This document shows positions 24,100 through 32,000 of a stretch of 32,000 nt of DNA, in pieces (within the stretch, counting starts at the first letter, position 1; each line of letters begins with the position of its first letter). The position numbers and the translations under genes were made by a program. Origin of the DNA: Candidatus Electronema halotolerans (lineage in GTDB: Bacteria > Desulfobacterota > Desulfobulbia > Desulfobulbales > Desulfobulbaceae). The DNA lies in the NCBI GenBank assembly GCA_942493095.1, contig OW818675.1, positions 523,406 through 555,405 of the forward strand, in the 5' to 3' direction. The notes beneath the pieces were generated by a model that saw nothing but the letters and a program-made list of their open reading frames with translations, was not told the DNA's origin and made no database searches.

Positions 24100-25275
24100 A
24101 TGATGCTGAACCAGTCATTCATCATTGCCCAGCCGACCCGCATTCGTTTCGGAGTCGGCGCAGTCAGGGAGCTGGGCGCGACCGTCAAGGATTTTAAGGG
24201 CAGCAAAGTTCTGCTGGTGATTGATCCCGGCTTGGTCAAAGCGGGTCTGCTGGCCCGTTTCACTGAGCCGCTGGCCCAAGAGGGGATTCCTTTTTTGGTT
24301 TATGATCAGGTTGACCCGGAACCAGGCCTGCGGCTGGCTGATAAGGCGTATGCTCTTGCTCAGAAAAATGGCTGTGACTGCGTGATCGGCGCGGGCGGTG
24401 GCTCGGCGATGGATGTGGCCAAGGCAGTCTCCATCCTCCTGACCAACGGCGGCAGGGCGGCTGACTATCTTGGTCTTAGCCTGATTAAAAAACCGGGCGT
24501 GCCCAAGATCATGGTGCCGACCTCGGCAGGCACAGGCGCGGAAGTGACTTTCACGGCGGTCTTCATCAACGAGGAAACTGGTTCCAAGGGCGGCATGAAC
24601 GGCGATCCGCTCTACCCGGACGCAGCCATCCTTGACCCGGAGCTGACCCTGAGCCTGCCGCCCAAGGTCACAGCCTACACCGGCATTGACGCGCTCACTC
24701 ATGCCTTGGAGGCTTATACATCGGTCCAAGCCCATGCGGTTTCAGAAATGTATTCGCTGGAGGCGGTGCGCCTGATTGCCGAGAATCTGCCTGCGGCCTG
24801 CGCCAATGGCGGCAATCTGGAGGCGCGGACCGCCATGCTGCTCGGCTCGCTTTTAGGCGGCAAGGCCTTGGCTATGGCCGGAGTCGGGCTGGTTCATGCC
24901 ATGGCCTATCCGCTCGGCGGCATGTTCGGCATTCCGCACGGCTTGGCCAACGCAGTGCTCTTGCCTTACGTGGTGCAGTACAATTTGCCCGGCAACCTGC
25001 GGAAATTTGCTGACTTGGCAGAAGTGCTCGGCCAGAACTGCGAAGGACTGCCGCTGCGGGAGGCGGCCCAGCTCTGCGTGGAGGCACTCTTTGATCTGAA
25101 TGCGGACACAGGCATTCCAGCGACGCTGGCTGACTTGGACATCCCGGCGGAGAGCATCCCGAAAATGGCCCGCATCGCCCTGACTGTGGCCCGGCCAGTG
25201 GCCAACAATCCGAGAAAGCCGACCTTGGAGGAGGTCATCGCCCTGTATCAGGAGGCGCACAGTCCGGTGCTGTAA
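24100..25275 (+). CDS. Iron-containing (group III) alcohol dehydrogenase.
   Basis: An internal ATG of track ORF 23956..25275, with a GAAGGAAG RBS. Motifs: GAGGGSAMDVAKA, VPTSAGTGAEVT, and the His-rich metal site DALTHALEAY...HAMAYPLGG...HGLANA. Confidence 0.9.
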   Translation: MMLNQSFIIAQPTRIRFGVGAVRELGATVKDFKGSKVLLVIDPGLVKAGLLARFTEPLAQEGIPFLVYDQVDPEPGLRLADKAYALAQKNGCDCVIGAGGGSAMDVAKAVSILLTNGGRAADYLGLSLIKKPGVPKIMVPTSAGTGAEVTFTAVFINEETGSKGGMNGDPLYPDAAILDPELTLSLPPKVTAYTGIDALTHALEAYTSVQAHAVSEMYSLEAVRLIAENLPAACANGGNLEARTAMLLGSLLGGKALAMAGVGLVHAMAYPLGGMFGIPHGLANAVLLPYVVQYNLPGNLRKFADLAEVLGQNCEGLPLREAAQLCVEALFDLNADTGIPATLADLDIPAESIPKMARIALTVARPVANNPRKPTLEEVIALYQEAHSPVL

Positions 25276-25471
25276 TGCCGTATAAGCAGTTGAAGCAAGA
25301 TAAAATGACTCTGCCATCTGTCTTTCTCCCGTAGAGGCGGCAGAAAGAACGCTCAGATTATACTGTTTCAGCAATATTTGTGTTTTGAAGCAGATATTTC
25401 AGTTCCAGCCGCGCTGGCTGGAGGATGAAATATAAGAACTCGCATCAATCCCATCTGTCTCAGCAGGAACC

Positions 25472-28400
25472 ATGAAAAACAGCAAAATGCTCATTCTGTA
25501 CATTGTCATGGCGGCTGGGCTGATTGCGCTGGTCCTGCTGGGCGGCATCTTTGTTGTTCTCAAGCATCAGGAGCATCTTGATCAGGATATCAAAATTTAC
25601 CGCTCCTCTTTGAGTCAAGAAGGAGAGTCACTGAAACAGAGCTTCAATCAACTTGTCAGCATCTCCACCCTGCTGGTTAAAAATCCGGTCATCATCAACA
25701 CGCTGGACAAGCATCTGGAGGGGCAGGAGGCCTCACGGATTGCGGCGGGCATGGTTGACAGAAGTTTGGATGCTGTTGCCGCCATTGAGAACATCGCCTC
25801 GGTCTTTTTGGTCAGCTTGGACGGCACCTGCCTGCATTCCAGCAAAAGGGACCTGGTTGGCAGGAATTACCGCCAGAGCATTTATGTCCGCAACGCCCTG
25901 CGGAGCGGACATGGTCTCTACGCCGTCATGACAGTGACCGATGGCCGGACCAAGCTCTACTATGCCCAGACGGTCAGAAACGGCAATCTGCCGCTGGGCG
26001 TGGCTGTGCTGGAAATCCGGCCTGCGTTTTTTCATCTTCACTCCTTCACCACCGCCTTCACCACTGAGCCGCCCAAGCCAGAGGAAATGCGCATGGGCCT
26101 GAGCACGGACGGCAGCATTCTTTTCAACACCACAGACGGCTCCTTGGCTTCCCTGAAGCCGCTGGCCGCTGACATTCTGCCGCCCCGGAAAGATCAGCCG
26201 CTGCCCATCCAAGTGCTTGACTTTCCCGGCTACAGCAAGGAGAATCTCTTTAATGAAGAGTTCCTGCAGCTATCGGACAGCGCAGGCCGGGAGTATTATT
26301 TTTTCTGCGAACCGGTTGTCAACCGGAGCCTGTCCCTGATTCATCTGATCAGCAAGGACTGGTTCCGCAGCAACTATCATCCCGCCTCCTCTGACTATTC
26401 CGGCTATATCGGCATGCTGGCCGTGATGCTGCTCATCATGCTGATCCTCCTCTACATGGTCAACCGCCGCCACCGGCAGGCCATGCAGGCTGCCGAGATT
26501 CTAAAAATCGAGGCGGAGCGGCGGATCAAGGAGAAGGAGAAATACGAGGCGATCATCAACCGCAATCCGCAGGGCTTCTGGCTGGAGGATGACAGCAGCG
26601 GCCTGATTCTCGAAGTCAACCAGAGCCTCTGCGAGCTGCTCCAGTTGGAGGCCGGGCTGATCATCGGCCATCATCCTGGTGAATTCGTTGTCCGCAGCTC
26701 CGGCGAGATCAAAAGCAAAGCCAATATTTCTCAGGAAGGCAGGCTGCGGCTACAGCACGGCGGCGCAGTTGACGTGCTGATCAACTCATCCTGCATTGCC
26801 GCGCCCGGCAGCAGGGAAAAGCTCTGCTTCTCCTTTTTTGCCGACATTTCCGAGCGGAAACAGGAGCAGGAGCAGCTCTTCCTCTTTTCGCAGGCTGTGG
26901 AGCAGAGCACCAGCGCCATTGTCATCACGGACCGCAATGCCAAGGCCGTGTATGTCAATCCGTTCTTCACGGAAATGACCGGCTGGACCAAGGAGGACCT
27001 GCGGGACGCGGATCCTGGTCTGCTGGCTGCCGGCGAGACTGATGCCGAGATGAGCCGGGAAATCTGGCGGCAGATCAGCAGCGGCGGCACATGGCGGGGC
27101 TTCCTCAGGCGGCGGCGCAAGGATGGCCGTCTGTACTGGGAAGGACAGACTGTCTGCCCGCTTTATGATGACAAAGGAGAGATTTCCTATTATCTTGCCA
27201 TTAAAAACGACATCACCCAGCGTCTGGAGCTGGAGCGGCAGTACAAGGCCCAGTTGGCCAAACTGGAGCTGATGGTTGAGCATGCGGCCATCGGCATTGC
27301 TCATGTGGTGGAGGCTCAATTTGCCTGGATCAGCCGGGCGGCCACGGAAATGTTTGGCTATGAGGAGGAGGAGGCCCTCCTCCTGCCCATGACCGCAATT
27401 TTTGAGCATGAGAACGCCTGTCAGGAGGCGCTCCGGCAGGCGGAGGAACGCTTTGCCAAGGATCAGATTTTTCATGCTGACCTGCGCATGCGGCGCAAAG
27501 ACGGCAGCCTGTTCTGGTGCTCGCTGACTGGCAAGCTCATCGACCTGAACTCGCCGGAGCAGGGGGCTGTCTGGCTGCTCAAGGACATCAGCCGCCAGAA
27601 GGAGGAGGAGCGGCAGCTGCAGTTAGCCAAGGAACGGGCGGAAGAGGCCAATCAGGCCAAGAATGATTTTCTCGCCAACATCAGCCACGAGCTGCGCACG
27701 CCGATGAATGCGATCATCCTTGGCATGAAGCGGCTGGCCTTGGATCAGGAGCTGCTCAATGAGGAGCAGCAGCAGTGCGTCATCAGGGCCCAGCATGCGG
27801 CAGACTTCCTCTTGGGCCTGATCGACGATCTGCTCGATTTCGCCAGAATTGAGTCAGGCAGGCTACAGCTCTCCACTGCGCCGTTTGAGCTGGAGGCGGC
27901 AGTGCGCAGGGCAGTGCAGTCGGTCCGCTATCCGGCAGAGGAAAAGGGCCTGAGCCTGGCGTGGGAGATCGCTCCTGAGATTCCGCGCTTTGTGGTCGGA
28001 GATGCGTTGCGTTTGCGGCAAATTCTTGTTAATCTGCTCAAGAACAGCATAAAATTCAGCGAACAAGGCGAAATTTTCGTCCGGGCCGCTGTGGAGAAGC
28101 GGCAGGAGGATGAGCTGCGCCTGCTTTTCCAAGTCTTTGATCAGGGCATTGGCATTCCCTCGGACATGCTCCATGATATATTTGAAAAGTTTGTCCAAGT
28201 TGACAGCAGCGTTCGCAGAGTGCAGGAGGGTGTCGGTCTGGGTCTGACGATCTGTAGTCAGCTCTGCACCTTGATGGGCGGCAGGATTGGCGCGGAAAGC
28301 GAGCCTGGCCAAGGCAGCGTCTTCACCTTCACCGCAAGGTTCGGCCTGACTGAGGAGGAGCTTGAGCCGTCCGAACCGCCGCAGCCCATGCGCATTTTGG

Positions 28401-29251
28401 TGGTGGATGACAATGAGGCCAACCGCTTTCTCGCCAAAGCCATGCTGCGGCGGGACGGCCATGAAATCATGGAGGCGGCCAACGGCGAGGAGGCCCTGCG
28501 GCAGCTCCTGAAACAGGACTTTGATGCCGTGCTCATGGACGTGCAGATGCCGGTCATGGACGGACTGGCTGTGACGCAGGTCATCCGGGCCTGCGAGGAG
28601 GAGAACTGCTGTCTGAACACCATGAACATGCCCAGCGACTTCTGCGAGGCACTGCGCAGCCAGCTCAAGGGCGGGCATCTGCCGATTGTTGCGTTGACAG
28701 CGAACAATTTCAAAGTGGATGAGCAGCGCTGTCTTGCCTGCGGCATGGATGCCTATGCTGCCAAGCCATTCAGCACCAAGGAAATTTATCAGGCATTCAG
28801 GAAATGCTGCCTGCAGGGACGGCAGCGGCTGCCAATGGCGGCGGACTGCGCCTGCATGGCGCAACAAGCACAGGCCGGGGAGGCTGACATGACGGGCATG
28901 GAGGAGAAGAAAAACGACGGATTGGTGGTGGCGGTTGCCGAACATCTGAAAAACATATACAGTCTGGAGCCGGACCAGGTGGAGCAGATGGTGCGGATTT
29001 CAGCCAGCTCGATCAGCGAGACCTTAGCTCAGGCCAAAGAGGAGCTGGCTGCCGATGATCTGCGCGCATTGTCAGGCTCCGGCCATAAGGCCAAAGGGGT
29101 GCTGCTCGGCATCGGCCTCAAGGAGGAGGCCGAGCTGGCCCGGCAGCTTGAGCTGAAAGGCAAGGCCGGAGAAGCGGCAGACTATGCCGGGCTGCTGGCC
29201 CGTCTGGAGGAGGCTCTGCAGCCGCTGCTGATGCTGAACAGTGCCGCCTGA
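25472..29251 (+). CDS. Hybrid sensor histidine kinase: TM, extracytoplasmic Cache-like domain, TM, PAS x3, HisKA, HATPase_c, REC, HPt-like.
   Basis: H-box ANISHELRTPMNAI, N-box LLKNSIKFS, DQGIGI and GVGLGLTIC. REC shows ILVVDDNEANR...LMDVQMPVMDG...AKP. The C-terminal SGHKAKGVLLGIG is HPt-like. Confidence 0.9.
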   Translation: MKNSKMLILYIVMAAGLIALVLLGGIFVVLKHQEHLDQDIKIYRSSLSQEGESLKQSFNQLVSISTLLVKNPVIINTLDKHLEGQEASRIAAGMVDRSLDAVAAIENIASVFLVSLDGTCLHSSKRDLVGRNYRQSIYVRNALRSGHGLYAVMTVTDGRTKLYYAQTVRNGNLPLGVAVLEIRPAFFHLHSFTTAFTTEPPKPEEMRMGLSTDGSILFNTTDGSLASLKPLAADILPPRKDQPLPIQVLDFPGYSKENLFNEEFLQLSDSAGREYYFFCEPVVNRSLSLIHLISKDWFRSNYHPASSDYSGYIGMLAVMLLIMLILLYMVNRRHRQAMQAAEILKIEAERRIKEKEKYEAIINRNPQGFWLEDDSSGLILEVNQSLCELLQLEAGLIIGHHPGEFVVRSSGEIKSKANISQEGRLRLQHGGAVDVLINSSCIAAPGSREKLCFSFFADISERKQEQEQLFLFSQAVEQSTSAIVITDRNAKAVYVNPFFTEMTGWTKEDLRDADPGLLAAGETDAEMSREIWRQISSGGTWRGFLRRRRKDGRLYWEGQTVCPLYDDKGEISYYLAIKNDITQRLELERQYKAQLAKLELMVEHAAIGIAHVVEAQFAWISRAATEMFGYEEEEALLLPMTAIFEHENACQEALRQAEERFAKDQIFHADLRMRRKDGSLFWCSLTGKLIDLNSPEQGAVWLLKDISRQKEEERQLQLAKERAEEANQAKNDFLANISHELRTPMNAIILGMKRLALDQELLNEEQQQCVIRAQHAADFLLGLIDDLLDFARIESGRLQLSTAPFELEAAVRRAVQSVRYPAEEKGLSLAWEIAPEIPRFVVGDALRLRQILVNLLKNSIKFSEQGEIFVRAAVEKRQEDELRLLFQVFDQGIGIPSDMLHDIFEKFVQVDSSVRRVQEGVGLGLTICSQLCTLMGGRIGAESEPGQGSVFTFTARFGLTEEELEPSEPPQPMRILVVDDNEANRFLAKAMLRRDGHEIMEAANGEEALRQLLKQDFDAVLMDVQMPVMDGLAVTQVIRACEEENCCLNTMNMPSDFCEALRSQLKGGHLPIVALTANNFKVDEQRCLACGMDAYAAKPFSTKEIYQAFRKCCLQGRQRLPMAADCACMAQQAQAGEADMTGMEEKKNDGLVVAVAEHLKNIYSLEPDQVEQMVRISASSISETLAQAKEELAADDLRALSGSGHKAKGVLLGIGLKEEAELARQLELKGKAGEAADYAGLLARLEEALQPLLMLNSAA

Positions 29252-29261
29252 GACAGATGTC

Positions 29262-30410
29262 ATGAGAGTCATCTTCTGCGAGGAATGCGGAGGTCGGAAC
29301 AATGTCCGGGAAGAGCTGCTGGAGCGGATTGACAGTCAGCCGATCATCTGTCAGTTCTGCGGCAATGTCATGTCCAAGGAGACTGTCATTCAGCACAGGT
29401 GCTCTGTCAAGACGATCAACACCCTGCATTATCATCTGCTGTTCATTGATGATGATGTCTTTCATCTCCAGCTCATGAAAAAGACGCTGGAAAAGGAATT
29501 CACGGTTTCCATCGCCTCGACCGGCATCCACGGCCTTGACTTGGCAGCGGCCAGGCAGCCGGACCTGATTCTGCTTGATCTCAACATGCCGGGCATGGAC
29601 GGGTATGAGGTCTGCCGCCGCCTGAAGGAGAATCCGAAAACGCGGCGGATCGCGGTCATCTTTGTCAGCGCCCGCGACCGGGAGGACGATGAGTGCCAGG
29701 GCTTCAGCTTAGGCGCGGTTGACTACATCAGCAAGCCGATCAACCTCCAGATTCTCAATGCCAGGATCATGGTCCAGCTCAGGATCAAACAGCTTCTTGA
29801 GCAGCAGCGGCTTCATTCTGACAGCCTGATCCAGTCGCTGCACCAGAACACCATGGCCACGGAAACGGAACTGGATCAGCTCCGCCGGGAGAACAGCAGG
29901 CTGCTGGCCATGTTGGACAGTGTGCAGGAAAAGATTTTCGTTGAAAACAGGGAGGGCCAAGTTTCCTGGGCCAACCGGCAGGCAGTCGAGTTTTTCGGTC
30001 TGTCCCTGACTGCCCTGCTGGGCCGCACCAGCAAGGAAGTTCTCAGCAGCGGCGGCGCCTCCTGTGACGAATGCCTGCCTGCCGCAAACGGCTGCCAGGC
30101 CAAGTTTCTCCATCTGCCGCTTTTTAATGAGGACGGGGAGGCGGAAGGCTGCGCCCATATCCTCCAGGAGAATCCGGCCCAGCTCTGCCAGGCCGCAGAG
30201 TTGGCGATCAACAGCTTTATTGACCGGAACCGGGAGGCGATCCGGGAAAATTTGGCAACCATTCTCTTTGGCATTGATGCGGTCAGCAGCATACTCAGGG
30301 ACAACAAGGAATTTGAAACAGTCAGCCGGCCAGTGGTCAAGGCGGCGGAGCGGCTGGATCAGATGGTCGGCACACTGCTTGACTTTCAGCGGCCTGACAG
30401 GGAAAGCTGA
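29262..30410 (+). CDS. Zinc-ribbon, REC, PAS and His-less DHp-like protein (atypical response regulator).
   Basis: MRVIFCEECGG...CQFCGN is a CxxC...CxxC ribbon. REC shows LLFIDDD...LLDLNMPGMDG...SKP. The PAS-like core is LAMLDSVQEKIFVENREGQVSWANRQAVEFFG. The C-terminal SFIDRNREAIRENL...LLDFQRPD aligns to a HisKA helix pair, but the phospho-His position is not His and there is no ATPase domain. The track start 29241 is a GTG inside the upstream gene. Confidence 0.8.
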   Translation: MRVIFCEECGGRNNVREELLERIDSQPIICQFCGNVMSKETVIQHRCSVKTINTLHYHLLFIDDDVFHLQLMKKTLEKEFTVSIASTGIHGLDLAAARQPDLILLDLNMPGMDGYEVCRRLKENPKTRRIAVIFVSARDREDDECQGFSLGAVDYISKPINLQILNARIMVQLRIKQLLEQQRLHSDSLIQSLHQNTMATETELDQLRRENSRLLAMLDSVQEKIFVENREGQVSWANRQAVEFFGLSLTALLGRTSKEVLSSGGASCDECLPAANGCQAKFLHLPLFNEDGEAEGCAHILQENPAQLCQAAELAINSFIDRNREAIRENLATILFGIDAVSSILRDNKEFETVSRPVVKAAERLDQMVGTLLDFQRPDRES

Positions 30411-30442
30411 ATGTTTAATGAACTTCTTCAGCAGCATGGAAC

Positions 30443-31135
30443 ATGAAAAACGTGCTTATAGTTGACGATGATCTGGGGTTTCAGCGGCTGCTGGGCATCA
30501 GTTTGAAAAAATACAAGCAGGATTTCGACATCATACTCTCCAACAACGGCGAGGAGGCCATTGGCGTGCTCAACCGCAAGCCAGTGGATCTGATCATCAC
30601 CGACCTGCAGATGCCGAAAATTGACGGCCTCACCCTGCTGGCGTACATCAATGATGCCTTTCCCAAAATGCCCTGCGTGATCATGACCGCCCATTCCACG
30701 CCGGACATTGAGAAGCAATTTGCCCAAACCGGACAGCTCCTTCTGAAAAAGCCCTTCACAATCAACAAGCTGGTTGAGGCGATTCACACGGCCCTGAAGC
30801 CGCGTTCAGCTGCTGACGGCATGTTGAAAGGCATATCCGTGGCCAATTTCCTCCAGATGATCGCCTTGGAGCAGAAGACCTGCCTGCTGGAGATCACGGC
30901 TTCGGGCGGAGACAAGGGCTTCTTTTACATTGAAAACGGTGATGTCTTTGATGCCGCCTTTCGTGGCCTGACCGGTGAGGAGGCAGCCTACGCCCTGATC
31001 GGCACGGACGGGGCCAGCATCCGCTTCACCAACATTCCGGCTAGCAAAAAGGTGAAGCAGCGCATTCAAGCAAGCCTGATGGCCTTGATCATGGAGGCCA
31101 TGACCCGGAAAGATGAAACCATTGGCAGCCCCTGA
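30443..31135 (+). CDS. Response regulator: REC plus a DUF4388 domain.
   Basis: MKNVLIVDDD...ITDLQMPKIDG...KKP forms the receiver. The C-terminal LKGISVANFLQMIALEQKTCLLEITASGGDKGFFYIENGDVFDAAFRGLTGEEAAYALIG matches the DUF4388 pattern. Confidence 0.8.
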   Translation: MKNVLIVDDDLGFQRLLGISLKKYKQDFDIILSNNGEEAIGVLNRKPVDLIITDLQMPKIDGLTLLAYINDAFPKMPCVIMTAHSTPDIEKQFAQTGQLLLKKPFTINKLVEAIHTALKPRSAADGMLKGISVANFLQMIALEQKTCLLEITASGGDKGFFYIENGDVFDAAFRGLTGEEAAYALIGTDGASIRFTNIPASKKVKQRIQASLMALIMEAMTRKDETIGSP

Positions 31136-32000
31136 GCCGGACAGGCCGCCTGAGCAGAGCAGCGATGCCCCGCATATCCTGATTGTTGATGACCGGCGCA
31201 GCGATCTCCTCCTGCTGGAGGCCATTCTCAGAGGGCACAGGTTCCGCTCTGTCGCTCTTGCCGACCCCACCAAGGTCGTGCAGCACTGCAAGGCTGCGCC
31301 GCCCGAAATCATTCTCTTAGATATCAGCATGCCCAAGCTGGACGGCTTTCAAGTCTGTGCCCAGCTCAAAAGCGATCCCCGGCTGGCTGAGATTCCCGTG
31401 CTCTTTCTCACTGCCATGAGCGAGGTGGCCAGCCGGATCAGGGGCTTCAAGGTCGGCGGGGCGGATTTTCTGACCAAGCCTTACGAGCCTTCCGAGCTGA
31501 TTGCCAGAGTCTCGACCCACATCAAGCTGCGCCGGACCCAGTTGGAGCTGGCCCGTCGCAACCAGCAGCTCACAGAACAAATCAATGCCCTTGAGCGCGC
31601 TCATGCGGCCCTGCTGGCCAGCGAGGCCCGCAACGAGGCCGTGCTCAACAATGCGGGCGTGTGCCTTGGCCTGATGAACATCGATTGCGGCTATGAGCAG
31701 GTCAATGAGATGTATGCCCAGATTTTCGGCTATTCTCAGGAGGAATTCCGGCAGATGCGGCTCTGGGACATGCTGCATCCCGACTTTGTCGCTTCGGCGC
31801 AGGAGACGGTGAACCGGCTGCGCAGCGGCAGGCTGGAGCAGCATTATGCGGTCAAGCAGTTTGTCCGCAGAGACGGGTCGCAATTTCCCGGCGGCCACTG
31901 GCTCAGTCCGCAGCGGGACAGTGACGGCTTATGCAAGGGCTTTGTCTGTGTGATCAGCGACCTGACCGAGCAGCAGAAGGCGGAGGACAGGCTGCGGCTG
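31113..32000 (+). CDS. Response regulator REC, coiled-coil, PAS protein. Partial: it runs off the right edge.
   Basis: Not in the ORF track because there is no stop in the window. My translation from ATG 31113 is MKPLAAPEPDRPPEQSSDAPHILIVDDRRSDLLLLEAILRG...ILLDISMPKLDGFQV...FLTKPYEPSELIARV. This is followed by LELARRNQQLTEQINALERAHAALLASEARNEAVLNNAGVCLGLMN...YAQIFGYSQEEFRQMRLWDMLHPD, which is PAS-like. The frame stays open through 32000. The exact start is uncertain (TTG at 31122 is possible). Confidence 0.8.
   Translation, partial: MKPLAAPEPDRPPEQSSDAPHILIVDDRRSDLLLLEAILRGHRFRSVALADPTKVVQHCKAAPPEIILLDISMPKLDGFQVCAQLKSDPRLAEIPVLFLTAMSEVASRIRGFKVGGADFLTKPYEPSELIARVSTHIKLRRTQLELARRNQQLTEQINALERAHAALLASEARNEAVLNNAGVCLGLMNIDCGYEQVNEMYAQIFGYSQEEFRQMRLWDMLHPDFVASAQETVNRLRSGRLEQHYAVKQFVRRDGSQFPGGHWLSPQRDSDGLCKGFVCVISDLTEQQKAEDRLRL

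Noticed and set aside
1-32000. tRNA, rRNA, CRISPR arrays, integrases and transposases.
   Set aside because: Scanning intergenic regions by eye found no T-loop-type GGTTCGAATCC motifs or cloverleaf candidates, and no spaced repeat arrays. No ORF has recombinase or transposase motifs. A tRNAscan, Infernal or ISfinder run would be the definitive check.

Overview
The window reads as chromosomal DNA from an anaerobic sulfur-cycling bacterium. A Desulfobulbales or Desulfobacterota-type host is my inference from gene content only. The background is GC-rich and tightly packed with genes.

Layout, left to right:
(1) A minus-strand pair of heterodisulfide-reductase-like genes. The first is a very large HdrA-family flavoprotein carrying an inserted GltD/NfnB-like NAD(P)H module. 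It runs off the left edge and is therefore missing from the ORF track. The second is a membrane-anchored FeS/CCG (HdrD/E-fusion) protein.
(2) A plus-strand operon behind a near-consensus sigma-54 promoter: a NifB-like protein with a degenerate radical-SAM motif fused to a NifX-type domain, a thioredoxin-like [2Fe-2S] ferredoxin, a GNAT acetyltransferase, a HEPN-like protein, a small hypothetical protein and a Nif11-domain protein.
(3) A serine hydrolase of the beta-lactamase family, preceded by a striking array of 11-bp repeats.
(4) A yedE / tusA / dsrE-like x2 / small-ORF sulfur-trafficking cluster (YTD-type).
(5) DUF805, cobT-cobS and a bacteriohemerythrin.
(6) A large signalling block: two hybrid histidine kinases of about 1300 aa, MobB, an Fe-alcohol dehydrogenase and three response-regulator-type proteins. 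The last of these runs off the right edge.

Most unusual observations:
- Two visibly AT-rich single-gene inserts lie 1.5 kb apart. Each is bracketed by a 90-107-nt direct duplication of the 3' end of a small host gene. One carries an orphan 185-aa protein. The other carries an unknown N-terminal domain fused to a DUF559/Vsr-like nuclease.
- A phased palindromic array of DnaA-box-like 11-mers sits next to an almost pure A/T tract.

I found no rRNA, tRNA, CRISPR array or recognisable transposase/integrase.
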